64,000 nucleotides of DNA from Sedimentisphaerales bacterium (GTDB taxonomy: Bacteria > Planctomycetota > Phycisphaerae > Sedimentisphaerales > Anaerobacaceae): positions 1,248 through 65,247 of the forward strand of contig JAFGCD010000070.1 in assembly GCA_016932835.1 (NCBI GenBank), given 5' to 3'. Positions 18,244 through 26,084 of the stretch are shown here, in pieces. A program made the translations under genes and the position numbers. The notes under the pieces were generated by a model. The model ran no database searches. It was not told where the DNA came from and saw only the letters and a list, made by a program, of their open reading frames with translations. Positions within the stretch are counted from its first letter, which is position 1, and each line of letters starts with the position of its first letter.

Positions 18244-19515
18244 TCAGTCTGCGAGCCAGTACTCTGCGAGTTTGGCCAGGTCTTTTGCATCTACTGTTCC
18301 GTCGGGAACGGGCAGCGGTGCAATTGTGGCGGCGGCTTCAGGGTAATGCCAGTAGAGGGCGAGTCGGGCGAAGTCCTGGAGGTTTACTTCACCGCCGCCG
18401 TCGAAGTCTGCGGTTTCGGGGTAATCATAGTCCATTGGGTTAAACGCCCATGCGGCGAAGAGGTACCATGCCTGTGAGGGGACGAATATCTCGGTTGAGC
18501 CTGTTGGCCAGGCGGGGTCGTTGGTGTGGCACGGCATGCCTCTGGTTCCGGGTCTGCGGGTGCTTTCGAAGATTGCCCTGTCGAGTTGGTCTCGGAATGA
18601 GAAGGCTTTGGAGTCGAGGCCTGCGCGGCGGTATGCGACGACCATCTGGCCTGATCCTTCGAGCCAGATTCTATCGTCGGCGATGAAATCCGAGAATGCT
18701 GAGATTAGCAGGCCTGTAGCATCTGATATCTTCTGTCGGAAGAAAGCGGTCTCGGCGTATTGGAGTGCTGCGGCGTAATCGCTTCCGAGTGCTCCGACGC
18801 CGAATGAACAACTATCGAGTGATGACTCGTTTACGGTGGAGCCCATTTTGAACCTTCCTTCGGCGGGTATCCACATGTCGTTGTGCAGGAAATTGCGGAG
18901 AGCCTGCCTTTGTGCAGGGAAGTCTATCAGTGCGGCGTACGAGTCGAGATTACCCTCGGTCGATTTGAAGTTCATCAGTCCTGAGGAGTTGTAGCCTGCG
19001 AGGATTCCTCCGTCGGTGTCCTGGAGTGAAATGAGCCACTGAGCGATTGTCTGGCGCATGGCGTCGTAGGTGTGGTCTCTGGTTTTGTAGAGATAGTGGT
19101 TCAGCGCAATCAGGAGCCAGGCGTTGTCACCGACCCATCGGTCGGAATCGAGGTGTGGCAGGGCAGTTTCAGCGTCCCAGAATTGCGGAAACCCTCCGGG
19201 CGGTTCTGCGGCGATACCGAGGTTTGCCTGGAAGAAATCGAATATGCTTCTTGCCCTTGTCAGGTCGCCCTGACGCGTGTAGCAGATTGCGGCAAGGGCG
19301 TTGGTATAGACTCCACAGAATGATTCGTTTTCCTGATTTCCGAGCAGACCCGACGGCCGCTGCTGGAGACAGAGCCAACTGTAAACCGCGGCAGGATTTG
19401 GATTGGTCCTTGCGAACAGGAGCGCAGAGGAACCGTTGGCGAGAAATGCTATTACAGCCGAGGCTATAACAGTAATGCGGACAGCGTTTTTCACTGCAAG
19501 GGTCTCCACCTGCAT
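18244..19515 (-). CDS. Secreted hypothetical protein, possibly an alpha/alpha-toroid fold, with C-terminal dockerin-like repeats
   Basis: The C-terminus has two dockerin-type segments (DFDGGGEVNLQDFARLALYW; PDGTVDAKDLAKLAEYWL). The body has aromatic/Asp-rich helical repeats (GDNAWLLIALNHYLY, LQDTDGGILAGY). The start is uncertain: ATG 19515 gives a signal-like MQVETLAVKNAVRITVIASAVIAFLANG; ATG 19545 and TTG 19572 are alternatives. Confidence 0.6.
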   Translation of the reverse strand: MQVETLAVKNAVRITVIASAVIAFLANGSSALLFARTNPNPAAVYSWLCLQQRPSGLLGNQENESFCGVYTNALAAICYTRQGDLTRARSIFDFFQANLGIAAEPPGGFPQFWDAETALPHLDSDRWVGDNAWLLIALNHYLYKTRDHTYDAMRQTIAQWLISLQDTDGGILAGYNSSGLMNFKSTEGNLDSYAALIDFPAQRQALRNFLHNDMWIPAEGRFKMGSTVNESSLDSCSFGVGALGSDYAAALQYAETAFFRQKISDATGLLISAFSDFIADDRIWLEGSGQMVVAYRRAGLDSKAFSFRDQLDRAIFESTRRPGTRGMPCHTNDPAWPTGSTEIFVPSQAWYLFAAWAFNPMDYDYPETADFDGGGEVNLQDFARLALYWHYPEAAATIAPLPVPDGTVDAKDLAKLAEYWLAD

Positions 19516-19760
19516 CTTCAATCTACCACGAACTTCGAGAATCATTGTAGCATTTTGAAGAGTTGGTTTCAAGGTAATTTTGTGCGGCGGCCTTGAGAAG
19601 TCGAAGATTTTACAAAGCGTTTACACAAGCGGCGGAAAGTTTCGTGGTGACGCGGTTTTACATCCTATTTACAGAACCGGAGTCGATTGGGGCGTTATAC
19701 TCTAAGAGGCAGAAAAAAGGCAGACAAGCATCAGGGGCTGTTTTTAAGGAGACTTGCAAG

Positions 19761-22025
19761 ATGGCGATTATCAAGAAACATATCGTTGGTTTTGTTGTTG
19801 TGGCGTCGGCATTTTCGGTTCAGGTGACATTGGGTCGGCTGGAGCATATCGGTCTTCGTTCACCGGCGTCGAATGTAATCATTCCTCAGAGCAGTCAGAT
19901 TTCGTTTTCGCCGGATAGGCGCGGGAGCATTGCGATTACGGATGTCGAGGTGTTGGTCGATATTATCGAGAGCACAGCCACTACGACGATTGAGATTCGC
20001 CTGCAGAATACGAGCAACCGTAGTCAGGAGGCAGAGCTGGTCGTTCCGGTTCCGGACGGCGCGGTTATTCGAGGATTCGCGTACGACGGGCCGGGCGGGA
20101 TGATAACCGCCGAGGTGCTTGCGAAAGAAGAAGCCCGGCGAATCTATCAGCAGCTTGTCTCGAAGATACGCGATCCGGCCCTTGCGGAATTCATCGGTTA
20201 CAACCTGATTCGTTCGAGTGTTTTTCCGGTCGAGGCTCACGGCAAGCAGAAGGTTCGGCTGACTTACGAACATTTGCTCGAGGCTGACGGGGATCGTGTC
20301 GATTACGTTCTGCCTCGGACGGAATCGCTGGAGTATGCGGTGCCGTGGAAGGTGCGGGCGAATATCAAGGCCAAGCGTGCAATATCGACGGTATATTCCG
20401 CGAGCCACAAACTTCAAATCGAAAGACAGAGCGACAAGGAGATGACGGTTAAGATAGCGACTGAGGCGGAGAAGAATCCCGGGGCGTTTCGGCTTTCTTA
20501 TCTTGTTCAGGCCGACGGGGTAACCGCTTCGATGTTTGCCTATCCCGATGAGAAATTGTCAGGCGGCTATTTCCTTCTCCTGGCAGGTCTGCCCGCCGAG
20601 GAATTGAAACATATCGGTGACCCGGCGATTAAGCGAGAGGTGACATTGGTAATCGACCGCTCCGGGAGCATGCGGAACGAGAAGATCGAGCAGGTTAAGG
20701 AGGCGGCGCTGCAGATTATCGCGGGGCTTAAGGACGGGGAGTCTTTCAATATCATTGTGTATAACAATACCGTTCAGTGGTTTTCTCCGAAACCTGTCGT
20801 CAAGGACAGGGAAAATTCGAAGGCTGTGACGGCGTATATAGGGGGGATAACCGCTGCGGGCGGGACTAACATTCACGACGCCCTCAAGGCCGCTCTCGAT
20901 CAGGAGCCGACGGACGGAGTGCTGCCGATAGTTTTGTTCCTGACCGACGGACTGCCCACGGTCGGAAATACATCCGAGATTGCCATTCGCGAGCTCGTCA
21001 CAAAATCGAACCCGCACAAGCGCCGCGTTTTTACATTCGGGGTCGGCGTCGATGTTAATGCCCCGTTGCTTGAGAAGGTTGCGGAGGCATCGCGGGCCCG
21101 AGCCGAATTCGTTCTCCCGAAAGAGGATGTCGAGGTTAAGGTGGGGAAGGTATTCAAGCGGCTGACAGGTCCTGTTCTGGCGGACGGGAAACTGGAAGTT
21201 GTCAAGGATAGCGGCGAGCCGGCTGTGGGGCGCACGATGGACATACTGCCGGGGCAGTTGCCTGATTTGTTCGAGGGCGACCAACTCGTTTTATTGGGCC
21301 GTTACATCGGGACCGAACCGATTACGTTTCGAATCAGCGGAAATTATATGGGCAAGCAGCGACAGTTTAAGTTCGCTTTCGATTTCGACAAAGCGGACAA
21401 ACGCAACGGCTTCGTATCGCGTTTGTGGGCGAGCAGGAAGATCGGGGAGCTTATCGACGCTGTTCGGCAGATGGGCGCCGATTCGGCGGTTTCGAAGGAC
21501 GATCCGAAGGTCAAGGAGCTGGTCGATGAAATCGTTCGTCTCTCGACGGAGTTCGGGATATTGACGGAGTACACGGCTTTTCTCGCTCGCGAGGGAACGA
21601 ACCTTGGCAACGAGGCAGAAGTGCTTCGGGAGGCTTCGATTTCTCTGGAGTCGCGGGCGATGCAGTCCCGGACCGGTTTTGGCGGCGTTAACCAGAGCTA
21701 TAACCTCAGCCAATACAAGATGCAGGATTCGCTCAACATGCGCAACGACTACTTCGATTCGAATATGAATCGGGTATCTATAAGCTCTGTTCAACAGGTT
21801 AACGACCGTGTGTATTACCGCAGGGGCGGGCGGTGGGTTGACAGCAGTCTGGTAAAAAAGGAGTCCGAGGTTCAGCCCGACAGGATCGTCGAGTTTGGGA
21901 CGGGTGAGTACATGGAACTGGCCGAGAGGCTTGCAAAGGAGAATCGGCAGGGGAGCATATCGCTCCGCGGGGAGATACTGCTGACGGTTGACGGACAGAC
22001 GGTGCTTGTGAGGAACGTGAATTGA
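19761..22025 (+). CDS. Secreted VIT domain plus von Willebrand factor A (vWA) domain protein
   Basis: The ATG at 19761 has AAGGAG 9 nt upstream and gives the signal peptide MAIIKKHIVGFVVVASAFSVQV. VIT-like block: TATTTIEIRLQNTSNRSQEAELVVPVPDGAVIRGFAY. vWA MIDAS motif: VTLVIDRSGSM...GGTNIHDAL...IVLFLTDGLPT. Confidence 0.85.
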   Translation: MAIIKKHIVGFVVVASAFSVQVTLGRLEHIGLRSPASNVIIPQSSQISFSPDRRGSIAITDVEVLVDIIESTATTTIEIRLQNTSNRSQEAELVVPVPDGAVIRGFAYDGPGGMITAEVLAKEEARRIYQQLVSKIRDPALAEFIGYNLIRSSVFPVEAHGKQKVRLTYEHLLEADGDRVDYVLPRTESLEYAVPWKVRANIKAKRAISTVYSASHKLQIERQSDKEMTVKIATEAEKNPGAFRLSYLVQADGVTASMFAYPDEKLSGGYFLLLAGLPAEELKHIGDPAIKREVTLVIDRSGSMRNEKIEQVKEAALQIIAGLKDGESFNIIVYNNTVQWFSPKPVVKDRENSKAVTAYIGGITAAGGTNIHDALKAALDQEPTDGVLPIVLFLTDGLPTVGNTSEIAIRELVTKSNPHKRRVFTFGVGVDVNAPLLEKVAEASRARAEFVLPKEDVEVKVGKVFKRLTGPVLADGKLEVVKDSGEPAVGRTMDILPGQLPDLFEGDQLVLLGRYIGTEPITFRISGNYMGKQRQFKFAFDFDKADKRNGFVSRLWASRKIGELIDAVRQMGADSAVSKDDPKVKELVDEIVRLSTEFGILTEYTAFLAREGTNLGNEAEVLREASISLESRAMQSRTGFGGVNQSYNLSQYKMQDSLNMRNDYFDSNMNRVSISSVQQVNDRVYYRRGGRWVDSSLVKKESEVQPDRIVEFGTGEYMELAERLAKENRQGSISLRGEILLTVDGQTVLVRNVN

Positions 22026-22068
22026 AAGATGAAGTAGCGAAAGACAAGACTATAAAGGGGAATTGAAA

Positions 22069-23571
22069 ATGTGCAAAAACGGAAAATTGAGTACGGGAAT
22101 AGTGAGCGGAATTGTGTTGGCGATTGTTGCCGGTGCGGCGTTTGGCAACGGCGGACCTTTTGTGCTGAAGTATCCGGGAGGCGATCCTGCGGCGAAAGGC
22201 GTGCTTGCGCGGATCGGGGAGGACTTGCGTCCCGGGCGCGAGGGTCGGCTGCGGGTAGTAAAAGAGGACTTGAAGGTTGCGTTTTGTCCGGCGCCGAAAT
22301 TTCGGCAAGATCCCGACGGTACGCCGCTGGCCGAGGTCGTCGCCGCATACACTATCGAAAACCCTACAGAGGAGGATGTTGAAGTTGATTTCGGCTTTCC
22401 GATTCTTAGGGGAATTTATATTCATCCCCTTGCAATGATGCCGATACCGAATGTTTCGGTGCAGCTTGGGGGCAAGTTGGTCAAGAGTACTGTCATATCT
22501 AATTCGGCGATTTACGGACTGATTCGTGCCCGTGCTCGTGAGGTAATCGAGGCCGGCATCGCGGCGGACGCGAAGCTGGCCGGGGCGGTTGCAGCCGTGC
22601 GTGATAAGCAAAACGGCGGACGCGAAGCGATGATGTCACTGTTAACCGAGAAACTCAAATGGGATAAGCGCGACGCAGCATTGCTCGTCGAATACGCAAG
22701 CCTGAATTTTGAGAACATCAAGAGCCAGCCCGGCGATCGAATGATGTGGTGGGTCAATGACGCGGGCCTGAACAAGGTTGTCAATGAGAATATCGGGGCT
22801 TTGTCGGCTATCGGCGAGCAGAAGGCGACGCAGTTTTTTGCGCGGCTTGCAAGCTGTTTCGACGCCGGGGCCGGGGCGAGTTACGAACAGATATTTTCGG
22901 CTTGGGGAGGTGACGTTCGGGAAAAATCGGTCGATATGAGTACGGGAAAGGTCAGGCCGCGCGAGATCGTGGCCGAGCAGATCAGGCCTGCATCGCCCTT
23001 TGACGGCGGAGCGTTCGACCCGACGGTCTATGCCAGGGTAGATTACCTTGACAGCAGGGCAAACATCAGCGAGGAGGAAAAGGCGTCTTGCGAGGCGATT
23101 TTGAAGAACCTTCCCGTGGTTTTCACGTTCGCCCCGATGAACATACTTCATTACCGGGCGAGTTTCCCTGCTCGGTCGCAGGAGGTTCTGTCGGTGAGCT
23201 ACCTTCAGTATGCCTACAAAGACACGGCGAATCCGGCCAGCTACCAGCTTTCCTACGTCGTTCATCCGGCGTCACTTTGGGATGATTTCGGGCCGATTAA
23301 CCTGGAGGTAGCGGTTCCTTCGGGCGTCGGTTTTCGCGGGTCGGATAACTGCCGTCACAGCGGAACAGAGATTCGCAAAATCGTCGATGCGCAGTTCGAA
23401 GGTCAGTGCGATATTTACAGGACGGCGTTGAAGAGCAAAGAGGGCGAACTGCTCCTTGGAATCGACGCGGGAAGCTGGGCGAAGGTTGTTAAACCTCAGT
23501 CGCCCCCTGTTGCACTGCCGAGGATAAGCGCTTCTATTAGCGGGATAGATGTGGTTCGGAAGGGGCAGTAG
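22069..23571 (+). CDS. Membrane-anchored or secreted hypothetical protein with no recognised domain
   Basis: The ATG at 22069 has AAGGGG 8 nt upstream (the ORF-track start at 22063 is TTG). N-terminal hydrophobic segment: LSTGIVSGIVLAIVAGAAFG. Codon usage resembles the neighbouring genes. The stop lies 1 nt before the next gene's ATG. Confidence 0.7.
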   Translation: MCKNGKLSTGIVSGIVLAIVAGAAFGNGGPFVLKYPGGDPAAKGVLARIGEDLRPGREGRLRVVKEDLKVAFCPAPKFRQDPDGTPLAEVVAAYTIENPTEEDVEVDFGFPILRGIYIHPLAMMPIPNVSVQLGGKLVKSTVISNSAIYGLIRARAREVIEAGIAADAKLAGAVAAVRDKQNGGREAMMSLLTEKLKWDKRDAALLVEYASLNFENIKSQPGDRMMWWVNDAGLNKVVNENIGALSAIGEQKATQFFARLASCFDAGAGASYEQIFSAWGGDVREKSVDMSTGKVRPREIVAEQIRPASPFDGGAFDPTVYARVDYLDSRANISEEEKASCEAILKNLPVVFTFAPMNILHYRASFPARSQEVLSVSYLQYAYKDTANPASYQLSYVVHPASLWDDFGPINLEVAVPSGVGFRGSDNCRHSGTEIRKIVDAQFEGQCDIYRTALKSKEGELLLGIDAGSWAKVVKPQSPPVALPRISASISGIDVVRKGQ

Positions 23572-23572
23572 A

Positions 23573-24775
23573 ATGACTATATCAGGCGTTAGCAGGCGGA
23601 CATTTCTCCGTTCGGCTGCGTCGGTGACGCTTGCCGGCGCGGTCGGAGGAACGCTTTACAACTCGTGCCTTGCCGCGACAGCGGGCAGCGACTTCCAGAA
23701 TGGCCGGCGCAAACTGATTGTCGTTCTGTTCGGAGGCGGTACGCGGTCGAGCGAGTCGGTCGATGACCCCGAGCATCGGTTTATTCGGCGCTTGTGGAAT
23801 GAGATTGCCCCGGGAGGGACATTGTTTACCAATATGCGAGTCGAGGGGAAGGTCGTTCACCCGAACAGCGACGGCTCGATCATGACTGGACACTGGGAAT
23901 GGGACGACATCGACTGGAGCAGGCCTGTTCGTAATCCGACGATATTTGAGATCTATCGCAAGGCAGCAGTCGCCGAGGATACCAACTGCTGGGCGTTTGT
24001 CTATGCCTCGATTCTTGCCAAGACCGGTGAGAGCCTGTCGGCGGACTATGGCCGGCGATATGGGGCCAATATCGTTGTTCCTCCGACAATAGGGCGGCAA
24101 ACGGCCGAGCGCATGTCGCATCTGATGGCTTCGGCCGGGTCGAGCGGTTCTGCAGAGGCGGAGGCTGAGGCGGCGGCAAAATGCGCGCAGCTCGCCAGAA
24201 AAACCGGCGGTATCGAGACCGCAGGGCTGCGGTCCAGGGCTGCGCGTGAATTTCTCTTGGAGCAATACGAAAGCTGGATGGATCAAAGCGGGACTACGAG
24301 TCACGATGCTTTTCTGGTCGAGCGTGCGATTGGCTGCATGAAGCGTTTTGCGCCCGACGTGATGAGCGTATGCCTTGGGGAAATCGACTGCGCTCATTAC
24401 GGGTCTTGGTCGCGTTATGTTGAGGCGATTCGCCGGACGGACGAGTTGACGTGGCGGCTGTGGCGAACGGTCGAAGAGCTCGATTCATACAAAGGCCGCA
24501 CCCTCATGCTGATTCTTCCCGACCACGGCAGAGAACTCGACAGGCCGGGGCACTGGGGGTTCATCCACCATAGCGATTTCTATACGGGCGCCGGAACCGA
24601 CGAGGGCTGCCGGCGGGTGTGGATGGTGGCCCGAGGTCCGGGCGTCAAGGCCGGCGGCGTGATTGACAGACCCGTACCGATAACGGCAGCCGCTGCAACC
24701 GGCCTGGAGTTTCTTGACTTAGAGGCGTCCGGCGGAGCGGAGAAATCGGTTTGGAATCTTATGAGCAGAGGATAA
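23573..24775 (+). CDS. TAT-exported alkaline-phosphatase-superfamily-like protein
   Basis: TAT signal MTISGVSRRTFLRSAASVTLAGAVGG. AP-superfamily-type motifs are LILPDHGRE (DHG), GEIDCAHYGSW (D-x-x-x-H) and HPNSDGSIMTGHW (NPP-like FPNH..TG). The family assignment is tentative. Confidence 0.55.
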   Translation: MTISGVSRRTFLRSAASVTLAGAVGGTLYNSCLAATAGSDFQNGRRKLIVVLFGGGTRSSESVDDPEHRFIRRLWNEIAPGGTLFTNMRVEGKVVHPNSDGSIMTGHWEWDDIDWSRPVRNPTIFEIYRKAAVAEDTNCWAFVYASILAKTGESLSADYGRRYGANIVVPPTIGRQTAERMSHLMASAGSSGSAEAEAEAAAKCAQLARKTGGIETAGLRSRAAREFLLEQYESWMDQSGTTSHDAFLVERAIGCMKRFAPDVMSVCLGEIDCAHYGSWSRYVEAIRRTDELTWRLWRTVEELDSYKGRTLMLILPDHGRELDRPGHWGFIHHSDFYTGAGTDEGCRRVWMVARGPGVKAGGVIDRPVPITAAAATGLEFLDLEASGGAEKSVWNLMSRG

Positions 24776-24839
24776 TCGCTGATTTGAGAGCAAGTTAAAG
24801 AGTGAGAAACAAAAACCTTTTTAAGACAGGAGTATAAAG

Positions 24840-26081
24840 ATGAGAAATGCAATACTCACAATTTGTTTAGCAGCGGCGGTGGTTGGTTCGTTGGCCTGCG
24901 ATGAGGTTTTTGCCGAAGAAAGGGCAGCTGTGACAGAAGTTCGGATCGATAGCGTTCCGCCGATGGTATATGATCCGAGTATCAAGAGGCCGCTGGTTCA
25001 GATGGCGATACTGCTTGATACGAGCGGGAGTATGTCGGGGCTGATCGACCAGGCCAGGGCGGAGCTTTGGGCGATTGTTAATGAGTTTATCTATGCCAGG
25101 AGCGGGGGCGTTGCGCCGGAGGTCCAGGTCGCGCTCTACGAATACGGCAAGAGTTCGATACCGAGCAAAGCAGGGTATATCAGGCAGATAGTGGGTCTTA
25201 CGACGGACCTGGATAAGGTTTCAGAAGAACTTTTTGCGCTTAAGACCAACGGCGGAAGCGAGTATTGCGGATGGGTTATCAAGGAGGCGACGGCGAATCT
25301 TGAGTGGAGCGATTCGCCGGAGGACTTGAAGGTTATCTTCATCGCCGGCAACGAGCCTTTTACGCAGGGTCCGGTTGACTATCGAAAAAGCTGCAAGGCG
25401 GCGATAGGGAAGAACATAGTCGTGAATACGATTCACTGCGGCGTCGAGTCTGCAGGACTGGACGGGCAGTGGGACATGGGCGCCAAACTCGCGGACGGCA
25501 GGTATCTCTGCATCAACCACAACAAGAAGACGGTTCATATCGCCGCTCCGCAGGACAAGGAGATCATGGAGTTGAGCTCTCGGCTGAACGATACTTATAT
25601 CGTATACGGGACGGCAGGCCGGTTCGGCTACGAACGACAGATGGCGCAGGACGGAAATGCCGCCGGTCTCTCGTCGGAAGCGGCAATTCAGAGGAGCCTG
25701 GCCAAGTCGTCGTCGAATTACCGCAACGACCACTGGGACCTTGTCGATGCGCTGGCCCAGGACAACATGAAGTTGGGGCAGCTTAAGGAAGAAGAGCTTC
25801 CTGAGAATATGCGCAAGATGAGCGATGACGAGCGTAAGGGATATATCGAGAGCAAGCGAAAGGAACGTGCGGAGATACAGCAGAAGATTCAGGAGCTTAA
25901 CGACAAGCGGAAGACATACGTTGCGGCTGAGATGAAGAAGCAGCAGCAGAAGGACGGGGTGACGCTTGGCTCGGCGATTCTGCAGGCCGTTCGCGAACAG
26001 GCGAACAAGCGGAACTTCAAATTCGTCGAGCCGGAAAAGAAGGCAGAAGACAAAATTCAGGAGACCGAAGCCGACAAATAG
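24840..26081 (+). CDS. Secreted vWA domain protein with a C-terminal Lys/Glu-rich coiled coil
   Basis: Signal peptide MRNAILTICLAAAVVGSLA. MIDAS motif: MAILLDTSGSMSG...NGGSEYCGW...VIFIAGNEPF. C-terminal segment: ERKGYIESKRKERAEIQQKIQELNDKRKTYVAAEMKKQQQK. AGGAG lies 7 nt upstream. Confidence 0.85.
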   Translation: MRNAILTICLAAAVVGSLACDEVFAEERAAVTEVRIDSVPPMVYDPSIKRPLVQMAILLDTSGSMSGLIDQARAELWAIVNEFIYARSGGVAPEVQVALYEYGKSSIPSKAGYIRQIVGLTTDLDKVSEELFALKTNGGSEYCGWVIKEATANLEWSDSPEDLKVIFIAGNEPFTQGPVDYRKSCKAAIGKNIVVNTIHCGVESAGLDGQWDMGAKLADGRYLCINHNKKTVHIAAPQDKEIMELSSRLNDTYIVYGTAGRFGYERQMAQDGNAAGLSSEAAIQRSLAKSSSNYRNDHWDLVDALAQDNMKLGQLKEEELPENMRKMSDDERKGYIESKRKERAEIQQKIQELNDKRKTYVAAEMKKQQQKDGVTLGSAILQAVREQANKRNFKFVEPEKKAEDKIQETEADK

Positions 26082-26084
26082 CCC

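Noticed and set aside
23573-24775. AP-fold protein as a PglZ/BREX-type defence component, and the vWA cluster as a Bat/aerotolerance operon
   Set aside because: A TAT signal places the protein outside the cytoplasm. No BREX partners (methyltransferase, BrxC ATPase, Lon-like) and no MoxR/DUF58 genes are present.
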